DNA of 64,000 nucleotides from an uncultured delta proteobacterium. Lineage in GTDB: Bacteria; Myxococcota_A; Polyangia; Polyangiales; Houyiibacteriaceae. Positions 29,920 through 39,922 of this stretch are shown here, piece by piece. The stretch covers positions 64,001 through 128,000 of the forward strand of contig CAVOVB010000008.1 in the NCBI GenBank assembly GCA_963699755.1, written 5' to 3'. The position numbers and the translations under genes are program-made. The notes below the pieces were generated by a model. The model was given only the letters and a program-made list of their open reading frames with translations, ran no database searches and was not told the origin of the DNA. Positions within the stretch are counted from its first letter, which is position 1. Every line of letters begins with the position of its first letter.

Positions 29920-29951
29920 CGGCTCCTAGGGTAACCATGCTATGAAGCCTC

Positions 29952-30800
29952 GTGCCCGACGCCGTGCCCAGCGCGCCCGCGACTCCGGATAAGAGATCGA
30001 AGCTGCGCGCGACCGTCAGCGATGCGGGCGAGTGGCTCATCAAGGCGCTCCTATCCCCGTTCGTCGAAATCAGCGCACTCTTCAAGCTGCTCTGGGAGTC
30101 GGTGTTTTGGGGGATTCGCCCGCCGTACCGCGGCTGGCTCTTCGTCGAGGCGATGGAGTTCATCGGCATTGGTTCAATATTCCTCGTTTCGCTCACGGCG
30201 GTTTTCGTCGGTGGCGTGCTTGCGTTGCAGCTAGTCGACGGTTTTCGCGACTTTGGTGCCGAGAACCAGACCGGCGCAGTCATCGGTTTGGCACTGGCCA
30301 GAGAGGTAGGGCCCGTATTCGCCGCTCTGATGGTCACGAGCCGCGCCGGGAGCGCCATGACTACCGAGCTCGGTTCAATGCGCGTCACCAATCAAATTGA
30401 CGCTTTGATCACCATGGCGGTCAACCCCGTGCAGTACCTGGTCGTGCCCCGGCTGGTCGCCGGCTTCGTGATGGTGCCGGTCCTCACGATGCTCTTCAAC
30501 GTAGTCGGTGTCCTCGGCGCCTTCTTCGTGGCTGTGGCTCTCCTCGGGCTCGACCCCGGCGTGTTCATGGACCGGCTGAAGTGGCTCGTCGATTGGGATG
30601 ACCTCTCCCAGGGGTTGATCAAGGCGATGGTCTTCGGCGTTGCGGTCACTCTCATCGCCTGCCGGCAAGGCTTCTACGCCCAAGGTGGAGCCGCCGGAGT
30701 AGGGCGCGCTACCAACCGAGCGGTCGTGCAGAGTGCCATCGCGATTCTCATGCTGGACTATCTCGTCACGAGCCTCGTCATCGGGCAAGGGTTCTTCTGA
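29952..30800 (+). CDS. mlaE: MlaE-family ABC permease (lipid asymmetry/MCE system)
   Basis: REVGPVFAALMVTSRAGSAMTTELGSMRVTNQIDAL, LVVPRL, GVGRATNRAVV. Confidence 0.93.
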   Translation: MPDAVPSAPATPDKRSKLRATVSDAGEWLIKALLSPFVEISALFKLLWESVFWGIRPPYRGWLFVEAMEFIGIGSIFLVSLTAVFVGGVLALQLVDGFRDFGAENQTGAVIGLALAREVGPVFAALMVTSRAGSAMTTELGSMRVTNQIDALITMAVNPVQYLVVPRLVAGFVMVPVLTMLFNVVGVLGAFFVAVALLGLDPGVFMDRLKWLVDWDDLSQGLIKAMVFGVAVTLIACRQGFYAQGGAAGVGRATNRAVVQSAIAILMLDYLVTSLVIGQGFF

Positions 30801-31612
30801 TGAAGCTCTTTCGGCGAAATGGGCTGCATTTGAAGCGGGCTTCACTGCCACCGCAAACGAAGGACGATCCGATTCACGTCCGGATTCGCGACTTGCACAA
30901 GAGCTACGGCGATCATCACGTGCTCAAGGGGGTTTCGCTCGATATTCATCGCGGGAAGACGAACCTGATCATTGGGCCGTCAGGCTCCGGCAAGACTGTC
31001 CTGATGCGTCAGTTGATCAGGCTCGAAAAGCCGGATTCTGGCCGACTCATCGTCAACGGTATCGACATGGCGCGGCTCGAGGGCCTGCAGCTCGCGGCCA
31101 TGCGACGCACCTTTGGCATGGTCTTCCAGATGTCTGCGCTCTTCGATTCGATGACGGTATTCGACAACGTTGCGTTCCCTTTGCGAGAACACACTAACTT
31201 AGCACGCGACGAGATTCGTAGCCGCGTGATGGATCGCTTGGCTGCCTTTGGGGTGGAGGCGGCTGCACAGCAGCTTCCCGCCCAGCTTTCCGGCGGCATG
31301 CAGAAGCGAGTTGCCGTTGCGCGGGCGATGATCCTCGAGAGCGAGATTCTGATTTATGATGAGCCGACCACCGGCTTGGACCCTATCACGACCGAGATGG
31401 TCGACGAGCTGATCATCGAAGCCGAGAAGATGTTTGGCGTGACCTCGATCGTGATTAGCCACGACATGGCCTCGGTCATGCGCATCGCGAACTACCTGAG
31501 CTTCCTGCACCAAGGGGAGATCGTAGCGACGGGGACGCCGGAGGAGCTAATGCGCAGCGAGCATCCGGCGACCGCAGAATTCATTCGGGCGTCACGGATC
31601 AGCTTGGACTGA
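30800..31612 (+). CDS. mlaF: MlaF/Mkl-family ABC ATPase
   Basis: GPSGSGKT, FQMSALFDSMTVFDNVAFPLREH, LSGGMQKRVAVARA, YDEPTTGLDP. Confidence 0.9.
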   Translation: MKLFRRNGLHLKRASLPPQTKDDPIHVRIRDLHKSYGDHHVLKGVSLDIHRGKTNLIIGPSGSGKTVLMRQLIRLEKPDSGRLIVNGIDMARLEGLQLAAMRRTFGMVFQMSALFDSMTVFDNVAFPLREHTNLARDEIRSRVMDRLAAFGVEAAAQQLPAQLSGGMQKRVAVARAMILESEILIYDEPTTGLDPITTEMVDELIIEAEKMFGVTSIVISHDMASVMRIANYLSFLHQGEIVATGTPEELMRSEHPATAEFIRASRISLD

Positions 31613-31663
31613 TCCCTCGAGCGAACGGCTTGCGAAATCTGCCGCCGGACCCAGATTGCGGCC

Positions 31664-31873
31664 GTGTCAGATACGCTATTGGCGAAAATCATCCGCGCCC
31701 ACCGGGACGCCGACGAGCGTGGTGATGATGGCTACCTGGACCCCAACACGGGCCTTTTCGTGATGACGGCTGCGGCGCTTCGAGCTAGGGGAACGTGCTG
31801 CGGGTCAGGATGCCGCCACTGTCCGTACTCCCCCGACCAGCAGCGGGCGGCCGGACGGCCGTCTCATCGCTGA
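31664..31873 (+). CDS. Small Cys-rich protein (DUF5522-like)
   Basis: YLDPNTGLFVMT...RGTCCGSGCRHCPY signature. Confidence 0.8.
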   Translation: MSDTLLAKIIRAHRDADERGDDGYLDPNTGLFVMTAAALRARGTCCGSGCRHCPYSPDQQRAAGRPSHR

Positions 31874-32034
31874 GGGCTCTCGGCTCCACCGCGACCGTCG
31901 CTCGAGCCGCGGGCGTTGGACCTGGTGGAGCAGCCCAGCCGCCGGTCGGTTGCCACCGGGGGACACCATGGTAGCGTCGCTCGAAGCGTCTGCGAAGCAT
32001 GTGGCCCCCCAACTAGACCAAGGCAGTCCGTCCC

Positions 32035-33456
32035 GTGCTCTTCAACTCGTTCGTCTTCGTCGGCTTCTTCCTGCTGACTTACGCCCTCTATCTCTCGCTC
32101 GGACGCAGGACGCGGGCACAGAACCTCCTGCTGCTGGTGGCGAGCTACGTCTTCTACGGCTACTGGGACTGGCGTTTTCTCGGACTCCTGGCCGTCTCGA
32201 CGCTGATCGACTTCACCGTGGGCAAGGCCCTCTACCGTGCGAAAGACGCGCATCGCCGCAAGTTGCTCTTGACCATTTCAGTCTGCGCCAACCTCGGTAT
32301 TCTCGGTTTCTTCAAGTACTACGACTTTTTCGCCCGGAGCCTAGCGGAGGTCTTACGGCTAATCGGTCTGGATCCCGATCCCCTCACCTTGGGGATTCTC
32401 CTGCCGGTGGGCATCTCCTTCTACACGTTCCAGACGATGAGTTACACGATAGACATCTACCGGGGAAAGCTCGCGCCGACAGAGAGCTTGCTGGACTTCG
32501 CTCTCTTCGTGTCGTTTTTTCCACAACTCGTGGCGGGGCCGATCGAACGAGCGCGGACTCTGCTGCCTCAGATCGAGCGACCACGTCGGATCGATCGTGA
32601 CCAGCTGGCTGCCGGACTCTGGCTGATTCTCTGGGGCTATTTCAAGAAGGTCGTCATTGCCGACCGGATGGCGCTGATCGTCAATCCGGTCTTCGCCGAG
32701 CAGGCCAACTACCAGGGGCTGGAGCTGGTGGTCGCGCTCCTGGCATTCACGGTGCAGATCTATGGCGACTTTTCTGGCTATACCGACATCGCGCGCGGGC
32801 TGGCGAAGCTCATGGGCTTCGAGCTCATGGTGAACTTCAAGCTGCCATACTTCGCAATCAATCCGAGCGACTTCTGGCGCCGCTGGCACGTGTCTTTCTC
32901 ATCGTGGCTGCGGGATTACCTCTACATCCCGATGGGTGGAAACCGCGGCGGCAAGGCGCGCACCCTGCGAAACCTCGCCGTGACCATGCTCCTAGGCGGA
33001 TTGTGGCATGGCGCGGCCTGGAACTTCGTGATCTGGGGCGGCTATCACGGCGCGCTACTCGTGGTCTACCGCTGGTTGGATCCCAATCCCATCGACGCCA
33101 ACCCATGGCGCAGCGGCGTTGCCCGTTTGCGCGTAGTTGGAATGATGGCGCTCATGTTCCTGCTGACCGTGTTTGGTTGGCTGATGTTTCGCGCGCAAAG
33201 TGCAAGTCAGATTCTTTACTTCCTCAGCAACATGCATCAGGGCCTAGGCCGGACGGGAGTCGAGCTGCTGTACGACTTGTTCTTCTTCGCCTGGCCTCTG
33301 GTTGCGGTTCAGCTACTCCAGTACCGGACCGGTGACCTGTTGGCAGTGTGCGGCTTGCCTACGCCGATTCGGATTGCGATCTACTGCTTTCTCTTCTGCG
33401 GGATCATCATCTTTGGCGTGCACGAATCGATGGAGTTCATTTACTTTCAGTTCTAG
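32035..33456 (+). CDS. MBOAT O-acyltransferase (AlgI/DltB/PatA-like)
   Basis: LPVGISFYTFQ, FFPQLVAGPI, QIYGDFSGYTDIA, FWRRWHVS, GLWHGA, FIYFQF terminus. Confidence 0.93.
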   Translation: MLFNSFVFVGFFLLTYALYLSLGRRTRAQNLLLLVASYVFYGYWDWRFLGLLAVSTLIDFTVGKALYRAKDAHRRKLLLTISVCANLGILGFFKYYDFFARSLAEVLRLIGLDPDPLTLGILLPVGISFYTFQTMSYTIDIYRGKLAPTESLLDFALFVSFFPQLVAGPIERARTLLPQIERPRRIDRDQLAAGLWLILWGYFKKVVIADRMALIVNPVFAEQANYQGLELVVALLAFTVQIYGDFSGYTDIARGLAKLMGFELMVNFKLPYFAINPSDFWRRWHVSFSSWLRDYLYIPMGGNRGGKARTLRNLAVTMLLGGLWHGAAWNFVIWGGYHGALLVVYRWLDPNPIDANPWRSGVARLRVVGMMALMFLLTVFGWLMFRAQSASQILYFLSNMHQGLGRTGVELLYDLFFFAWPLVAVQLLQYRTGDLLAVCGLPTPIRIAIYCFLFCGIIIFGVHESMEFIYFQF

Positions 33457-33480
33457 CAAGATAGCGAACCACCGACTGGC

Positions 33481-34542
33481 ATGAGCGAACAAGAGCGAGA
33501 CATCCTTCCTGTAGAGCGGATCCACCCCACGTCGCCTCGCTTGCTCGGGCTGACCGTGGTGATCATGCTGCTCAGTGGCGTCATGCTGAACGCCTCGGTC
33601 AAGCTACTCTTTCAGACGTACCCTGGCCTCGACAACCCGACCTATGGAGCGTTTCACGAGCAGTGGCGCCGTTTGATGGACCTCGATCGACCCGTCGATA
33701 CCTTGATCTTGGGCGACAGCAGTTGTCGCCATGGCGTGGATCCCGATGTGCTTGATGCGGAGCTCGGTTCGCATTCGTTGAACTTCTGCAGCCTCGGCAA
33801 TGCAGCGATCATCAACTCGGCGTGGCAGCTAGAGACCTACATAGAACGGCATGGCGTTCCCAAGCGCGTGATCCTGATCCAGGTCCACGATGTGTGGAGA
33901 CGCAACATGCAGTTGCCGCTGGTTGCCCGCGTCCCCCTGCCCTGGGGCTTCTGGGAGCGTCTACGAGCGTCCTGGTCGCCGGATCGCCGGCAGTTGAGAC
34001 ACATTTTCTTGGCTCTCCACGTTCCCGTCTACAGTCAGGACAAGACCGTCACGGAGCTGCTCGCCTATCCTTGGCGTGCCCGCGAGCGCCGCCTGCCGTT
34101 TACTCCTCGCGGCTACAGCCCCATCGAGAGGGCCAATCCCAGGCGTGTTGCCCGCGACGCCGCCCAGCACGTCAGAAAGACCGCGAGGCGCGGTTGGCGT
34201 TTGTCCGCTCAGAGCCGAGGCGCACTTCAGACCATGATGGACATGGCCGACGAGCTTGGATTCGATTTCTACGTCGGGAATTCACCGCAGGCGGAGGGGA
34301 TGTTGTCGAAGCCCCAATTCGCTCGCTACTACGAGAGCGGTCAGCGCGTGCTTGCTGATTTGGCGGATACCAGTCCACGCACGGAGCTCATCCTGAGTCC
34401 GCCTGTGGAGTATAGCCGCCGGCAGATGGAGAACTCCGATCACATCATCGCTACCTCCGTGCCGAGCTATACGCGACGACTGGCCGCAGCGGTGGCGACG
34501 AGCGAGCTCCATCGTGTCCCCCAGCGACGCAGGGAGCAATGA
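33481..34542 (+). CDS. Membrane-anchored SGNH-like protein, probable partner of the MBOAT
   Basis: N-terminal TM; LILGDSS block-I-like motif; late xxDH motif; 24 nt after the MBOAT gene. Confidence 0.6.
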   Translation: MSEQERDILPVERIHPTSPRLLGLTVVIMLLSGVMLNASVKLLFQTYPGLDNPTYGAFHEQWRRLMDLDRPVDTLILGDSSCRHGVDPDVLDAELGSHSLNFCSLGNAAIINSAWQLETYIERHGVPKRVILIQVHDVWRRNMQLPLVARVPLPWGFWERLRASWSPDRRQLRHIFLALHVPVYSQDKTVTELLAYPWRARERRLPFTPRGYSPIERANPRRVARDAAQHVRKTARRGWRLSAQSRGALQTMMDMADELGFDFYVGNSPQAEGMLSKPQFARYYESGQRVLADLADTSPRTELILSPPVEYSRRQMENSDHIIATSVPSYTRRLAAAVATSELHRVPQRRREQ

Positions 34543-34585
34543 CAATCAAGCCCGCGACCTGCGGGCACTCAGCGTCTGCCTCCCG

Positions 34586-35467
34586 TCAGCCGTAGTTCCG
34601 AACGACGACCTCGCTCACTTTGCCTCGCTTCGTCGCATCGCAGTTGATCGCGCGAGGTGCGGCGACGGTGTCGACGTTGAAGTCCGCATACAGGTTTCGA
34701 ATGAAGGGGACATCGCTATTCGAAAGCATGAGCTTACAGCCTCGTCGATCGAGAGCTTTGTAGACGTCTCGCAGCCGCATTTGATCTTCTCGGGCGAAGC
34801 CGTCACGCGCGTACGTGGTGAAGCTCGCAGTTGGGGACAGTGGCTCATAGGGGGGGTCGAAGTAAATGAAGTCGCCGGGCTTGGCGTCCTCGAGAAGCGT
34901 TTCGAACGATGCACACCTGAGAACAGCGCCGCGAAGCGCCTCGCTTGCCGCCTGAAGCGCGCCTTCGTTCAAGATCCGCGGATTCTTGTACGCGCCTACG
35001 GGCACGTTGAACTCGCCTTTGCGATTCACCCGGTGCAAACCATTGAAGCAGGTCTTGTTGAGGTAGATGAACATCGCCGCTCGTGTCGATGTCGAGACAC
35101 GACGGCCCTGGTTGTACCGCTCGCGCACCTGGTAGTAGCGTTCCTTCGAGTGCCTGCTTGCAAGCCTCCGCAATCCGCCAATGACGCCTTCGAGGTCGTC
35201 GCGAATCGCGGTGTACGTCGCGACCAGGCTGGGGTTGACGTCGGTCAGGAGCGCGCGTCTCGGACGACGTGAGAAGAAGAACGCTCCACCGCCGACGAAT
35301 GGCTCGACGTGGCGCATCTGCTCGGCCCCAGCGGGAAGCAGCGGTCGCAGCTGGCTGAGCAATCGGCCCTTGCCCCCAACCCACTTCACGAAGGGAGCCG
35401 CCTCCCGCGGCTCGTGCTCTATCCGTGCCGCGACCGCTGCAGATGTCGTCATCTGTAGCATGATCAC
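34586..35467 (-). CDS. Dam/D12-class DNA adenine methyltransferase (alpha class), orphan
   Basis: KWVGGK, EPFVGGGA, YLNKTCFNGLHRVN, FNVPVG, YFDPPY, LSNS; start may be a few codons later. Confidence 0.92.
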   Translation of the reverse strand: MIMLQMTTSAAVAARIEHEPREAAPFVKWVGGKGRLLSQLRPLLPAGAEQMRHVEPFVGGGAFFFSRRPRRALLTDVNPSLVATYTAIRDDLEGVIGGLRRLASRHSKERYYQVRERYNQGRRVSTSTRAAMFIYLNKTCFNGLHRVNRKGEFNVPVGAYKNPRILNEGALQAASEALRGAVLRCASFETLLEDAKPGDFIYFDPPYEPLSPTASFTTYARDGFAREDQMRLRDVYKALDRRGCKLMLSNSDVPFIRNLYADFNVDTVAAPRAINCDATKRGKVSEVVVRNYG

Positions 35468-35545
35468 CTACACAAGTGGTCCGACGGAAAAAAGCGGCGC
35501 TTCTGCGGATCATATCGCAGTGATTTCAGCTATTTGTGCGTGCAG

Positions 35546-36823
35546 TTACTCGGCGTCGGCAACCATCGCGCCGAGCCGGTCGACGGCCTCTTCAAGCACC
35601 GGCATCGCTGGGCCGAACGAGAAGCGCATGTGCTCGACGAAACGTGAGGGCCGGCCAGTCCGGCGCTTGCCCGGATTGACGTCGAAGAAGTGCCCCGGCA
35701 CAGCAATGACCTGTCGCTCGAGGGCGGTCCTGAAAAAATCGTCACTGTTTCGAAGCGACGGTGGCAGGCCGCTCAAGTCTCCCCAGGCATAGAAGGTACC
35801 CTGGGGCTCGAGGTCGAACCTCACGCCGATGTCCTTCAGACCCCGCACGAGGAAGTCCCGCTTCTCCTTAAACTCCGTGTGCACGGCCTCTGTCTCGGCG
35901 AGCGTAGGTTGCTCCTGAACGAGGTCGATCGCCGCGCGCTGCACCGGGGCGACACCACCTCCATCGAGGAACGATCCAGCGCTTGCTGCCGACTCGGCGA
36001 CGCTCTTCGGTCCGACGATCCAACTCACCCGGAAGCCGGGGTAACGCCAGTTCTTCGTGAGCCCGTCAAAGACGACGATGGGATCTGCGTCCACGTCCTC
36101 GACGTACTGCGCCGCGCTGACGATCGATTGCTCTCCGGTCCACACGTAGTGCGAATAGAACTCGTCGAGCAGAAGGGCGCAGCTTAGGTCGCGCGCCGTA
36201 TCGACCCAGCTCGCCAGCGCGTCGCCCTGCACGACTTTGCCGGTCGGGTTGCACGGGTTGCTCGCTAGAATCGCGCTGAGGCCGCGGCCGAGGATTTCCT
36301 CTTCGAGCTCTTCGCGAGTGAACGCGTATGCGTGCTTCGGGTCGAGCAGGATCGGGATCGGCAAGAAGCGCCGGAACACGTCCAGCAGCTCTTCATAGGC
36401 CGTATAGTCCGGCAGGAAGTGCCCAAGGTGAATGGGCGCAATCGCCGCGCATGCACGCATGACTGCAACACGGCCACCGCCTGCAATTACCACGTTCTCG
36501 GCGGAGTATTGCGATTTCATCCCGCGGCGAAACAGCTTGTTGTAGAGCCCCGCCACCGCCTCGCGAAGCTCCCAGATTCCGGCAACCGGTGCGTAGTCGA
36601 GGTCGCCCACGTGTACGGGGATGTTGGTCACTCGCTCCGGGGCCCCGGGAAGCGCCCCTGTGTCCGGCTGACCTTGGCCGAGGTTGCACCAGCCGGGCGC
36701 GTCGGGGCTGAATCCACGCTTCTGCGCCTCGACGGTGACGTAGATCACGCCCGTGCGCGGGACGGGTCGAAAAGCCGCGGCCTCCCCGATTCCGTTCGGG
36801 GGATTGGACTTGAGCTGGTTCAT
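35546..36823 (-). CDS. PLP-dependent aminotransferase class I/II
   Basis: NLGQGQP, SNPCNPTG, LDEFYS, GLTKNWRYPGFRVSW. Confidence 0.9.
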   Translation of the reverse strand: MNQLKSNPPNGIGEAAAFRPVPRTGVIYVTVEAQKRGFSPDAPGWCNLGQGQPDTGALPGAPERVTNIPVHVGDLDYAPVAGIWELREAVAGLYNKLFRRGMKSQYSAENVVIAGGGRVAVMRACAAIAPIHLGHFLPDYTAYEELLDVFRRFLPIPILLDPKHAYAFTREELEEEILGRGLSAILASNPCNPTGKVVQGDALASWVDTARDLSCALLLDEFYSHYVWTGEQSIVSAAQYVEDVDADPIVVFDGLTKNWRYPGFRVSWIVGPKSVAESAASAGSFLDGGGVAPVQRAAIDLVQEQPTLAETEAVHTEFKEKRDFLVRGLKDIGVRFDLEPQGTFYAWGDLSGLPPSLRNSDDFFRTALERQVIAVPGHFFDVNPGKRRTGRPSRFVEHMRFSFGPAMPVLEEAVDRLGAMVADAE

Positions 36824-36871
36824 GCGCTGCGGAACTCTAGCAGAAGTCCCGAAATGCGATAGCCTTGTCCG

Positions 36872-37618
36872 ATGGACGTCCTGCGGATCGAGGAGTTAAT
36901 GGTTGACTGCGTGGTTGGTGTCTATCCGCACGAGCGCAACGCCTCGCAGCCCCTTCGAGTCGACGTCGAGATGCGCCTGCACACCGAGACGGCGGCGGTC
37001 AAAGAAAGCCTACGCTCTACAATCGACTACGCGGCCACCGCATCTCAGTTGGTGTTCCTGCTTCGAAGCTGCCGTTTCCGCCTTCTGGAAACCGCGGCTC
37101 ACGTGTTGGCGCGGTACGTGCTTGCGCCGCCGGCACCCGATGAGAGACGCGCTCAGGTCGACTCCGCCGTCATACGACTCAGCAAGCCCGGCGCCCTTCG
37201 GAGCTTCGCGATTCCCTCGCTCGAGATCGAGCGGCGCGCATCTTGGTGCACGTTCGAGGTCGAGCACAAGCCGTTCGGAACGGTCGATGTGATCTACGAG
37301 ACCAAAGGCGCTGGCATCTATCGTCTGAACGTCGCCCCGGGTCAGACGATCCCGCTTCACGTTCATCAGCAGATGCGAGAGTCCGAGATGGTGTTGGGTG
37401 ATGGGCTAGTCTCCCAAGGGGCGGCCTGTCCGCCTGGGACTGTGCATCGCTGGCCGAGAGGTGCGGCACACAGCTACAGCAACCCGACCGATCGGCATCA
37501 GACGATCCTCTGCGTCGACCTGCCGCGCTTCATGCCGGAGGACGAAATCGAAGTAGCCGGAGAGCCCGCCGACGTTCCAGCAGAGCCCCCCTGGGGACCG
37601 ATTGCGGGGCTTGGCTGA
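36872..37618 (+). CDS. folB: Dihydroneopterin aldolase (FolB) fused to a C-terminal cupin domain
   Basis: VGVYPHER, TIDY, LLETAA, LSKP in the FolB part; PGQTIPLHVH...E...G and GTVHRWPRGAAHSYSN in the cupin part. Confidence 0.82.
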   Translation: MDVLRIEELMVDCVVGVYPHERNASQPLRVDVEMRLHTETAAVKESLRSTIDYAATASQLVFLLRSCRFRLLETAAHVLARYVLAPPAPDERRAQVDSAVIRLSKPGALRSFAIPSLEIERRASWCTFEVEHKPFGTVDVIYETKGAGIYRLNVAPGQTIPLHVHQQMRESEMVLGDGLVSQGAACPPGTVHRWPRGAAHSYSNPTDRHQTILCVDLPRFMPEDEIEVAGEPADVPAEPPWGPIAGLG

Positions 37619-37619
37619 G

Positions 37620-38393
37620 ATGATGGTCTCGCACGGCACGGTGATCGTCACGGGCGCGACCCGTGGGATAGGGCGGGCCGTCGTCGATGCGATCGTGGCG
37701 CGCGGCGGAAAGGTCGTGGCGATCGCGCGCGACGAGGCGGCTCTGGATGCGATCGAAGCTTCCGCTCCGGAACGAGTCCGCGCCGTCGCGACCGACCTCG
37801 AGGATGTCGCCCGAATTCCCAAGGTCGTGGAACGCGCCATCGATGCATTTGGAAGCGTCGACGGCGTGATAAACTGCGCCGGGATCGCACGGTACGAGCC
37901 GGTCGGGGCGATCAGCCTCGACTCGGTGGAGGCGCAGCTTCGGGTCAACCTCGTGGCGCCGCTGCTCCTGTCTCAGGCGATCGCGTCGCATTTCCGCGGC
38001 CGCGGAGGGTCCATCGTCAACGTTTCGAGCACTCTCTCCGAGCGTGTGGCGCAGCACACCCTGGTTTATGCGGCAAGCAAAGCTGCGCTCAACACAGTGA
38101 CGAAGGGCCTAGCGCTCGAGCTCGCACCGGACGGGGTGCGGGTGAACGCTGTACTTCCGGGTGGTGTAGACACCGATATGCTTCGAGCGCCGCGCCTGAG
38201 GCCAGGTGAAATCCTCGACTCGGTAGCGCTCGAGGCGCGCGTCGAGTCCCAACTCGCGGGGCTGGCCGCCTTGCACCCTCTAGGACGGCTCGGAACGCGG
38301 GAGGAGGTCGCCGCTGTCATCATCAGCGTCCTCGACCAAACCTGGCAAACGGGCAGCCTCGTCACCATCGATGGCGGCCTCTCGCTCGTCTAG
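37620..38393 (+). CDS. Short-chain dehydrogenase/reductase
   Basis: TGATRGIG, INCAG, NVSS, YAASK, VRVNAVLPG, IDGG. Confidence 0.92.
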   Translation: MMVSHGTVIVTGATRGIGRAVVDAIVARGGKVVAIARDEAALDAIEASAPERVRAVATDLEDVARIPKVVERAIDAFGSVDGVINCAGIARYEPVGAISLDSVEAQLRVNLVAPLLLSQAIASHFRGRGGSIVNVSSTLSERVAQHTLVYAASKAALNTVTKGLALELAPDGVRVNAVLPGGVDTDMLRAPRLRPGEILDSVALEARVESQLAGLAALHPLGRLGTREEVAAVIISVLDQTWQTGSLVTIDGGLSLV

Positions 38394-38433
38394 GCTTGAA
38401 GCCTCCGCGGTTTTCTCACACACTCCGCCGAAC

Positions 38434-38973
38434 GTGGCTCGCACCCAGAAGGTCATACTCGATGCGGACGCTATCCAACGAAGCATTCGACGCATGGCTG
38501 TTGCAATTGTGGAAGCGACTTCGGGCGTTGAGGATTTGACGCTGGTCGGCATTCGTCGCGGTGGCGTCGCGCTCTCGCAACGCATCGCTGACGAGATTGC
38601 CAAGGTCGAAGGAAGTCCACCGCCCGTGGGGACGGTCGACATCTCGCTCTACCGCGATGATGCTGCTACCGTGCTACCGAATCCGAAGATCGGACCGAGT
38701 GACATACCGTTCGATGTTGCGGGCCGACATGTCGTGCTCGTCGACGACGTCTTGCACACCGGGCGCACGGTCCGCGCCGCGATCGAATGCCTCCAAGACT
38801 ATGGGCGCCCGGCGCGGGTGTGGCTTGCGGCCCTCTGCGATCGCGGCGGCCGCGAGCTCCCCATTAGGGCGGACTTCGTCGGCCGCGTCGTCGAGATTGA
38901 ACCCCGCGAACGCCTCGACGTTTGGATCGACGCTGCTGGACCGGATCGGGTCGTGCTGACGGAGGCGGGGTGA
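38434..38973 (+). CDS. pyrR: PyrR bifunctional regulator/uracil phosphoribosyltransferase
   Basis: [46 protein letters not shown]. Confidence 0.94.
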   Translation: MARTQKVILDADAIQRSIRRMAVAIVEATSGVEDLTLVGIRRGGVALSQRIADEIAKVEGSPPPVGTVDISLYRDDAATVLPNPKIGPSDIPFDVAGRHVVLVDDVLHTGRTVRAAIECLQDYGRPARVWLAALCDRGGRELPIRADFVGRVVEIEPRERLDVWIDAAGPDRVVLTEAG

Positions 38974-39917
38974 TGGAACCATTCGCTCATCGCAGCCTCC
39001 TCGATGTCGAAGGGCTCACTAGGGCTGACGCGGAGCGCATCCTCGACACGTCTGAGGCGTTCCTTCAGGTTTCGCGCCGACCCGTGCGCAAGGTCCCGAC
39101 CCTGAGGGGCAAGACCATCATCAACCTCTTCTACGAAGCCTCCACCCGAACCCGTACATCTTTCGAGCTCGCCGGAAAGCGGCTCAGCGCGGATGTCATC
39201 AACATGAGCGTATCCGCATCGAGCGTGAAGAAAGGCGAGACGCTGCAAGACACCTGCCGAACGCTCGAGGCAATGCATCCCGATGTGATTGTCATTCGAC
39301 ACGCGGCGGCGGGCGCGGCGAATTACGTGGCATCAAAGATCGGCTGCAGCGTCATCAACGCGGGCGATGGAATGCATGCCCACCCCACGCAGGCATTGCT
39401 CGACGCGTTTACAATCCGGCGAGCCAGAGGAAGGCTCGACAATCTGGTGGTGACCATCGTAGGAGATATCGCGCACTCGCGCGTCGCGCGCTCGAACGCG
39501 CATCTTCTCAAGCTATTTGGCTGCGAGATTCGCGTCGTCGGTCCGCGCACCTTGCTTCCGTCCGCAGCCGATTCTCTCGGAGTGCGGGTGTTCGACCGAC
39601 TCGAGGAAGGCCTCGAAAGCGCGGACGTGGTAATGGTGCTTCGCATTCAGCGTGAACGTCTCGAAGGAGCGCTCCTGCCGAGCCTTCGTGAGTACGCGCG
39701 CACGTTTGGCATCGGACCGCGCACGATTCAGTACGCGAAGCCCGACGCAATCATCATGCATCCGGGCCCAATGAACCGAGGCGTCGAAATCGAAAGCGTC
39801 ATCGCCGACGGTGAGCGGAGCCTCATTTTGGAGCAGGTCGAAGCGGGTGTCGCCGTCCGCATGGCGCTCCTCTATCTTTTCGCGGGCGAAGCGAGCCAGC
39901 CGCCTGCGGTGGGCTAG
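38973..39917 (+). CDS. pyrB: Aspartate carbamoyltransferase catalytic subunit
   Basis: [52 protein letters not shown]. Confidence 0.97.
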   Translation: MEPFAHRSLLDVEGLTRADAERILDTSEAFLQVSRRPVRKVPTLRGKTIINLFYEASTRTRTSFELAGKRLSADVINMSVSASSVKKGETLQDTCRTLEAMHPDVIVIRHAAAGAANYVASKIGCSVINAGDGMHAHPTQALLDAFTIRRARGRLDNLVVTIVGDIAHSRVARSNAHLLKLFGCEIRVVGPRTLLPSAADSLGVRVFDRLEEGLESADVVMVLRIQRERLEGALLPSLREYARTFGIGPRTIQYAKPDAIIMHPGPMNRGVEIESVIADGERSLILEQVEAGVAVRMALLYLFAGEASQPPAVG

Positions 39918-39922
39918 TCGGA

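Noticed and set aside
26953..35467. Restriction-modification or defence island spanning the two methyltransferases
   Set aside because: No endonuclease, specificity subunit, integrase or compositional shift; the intervening genes are housekeeping
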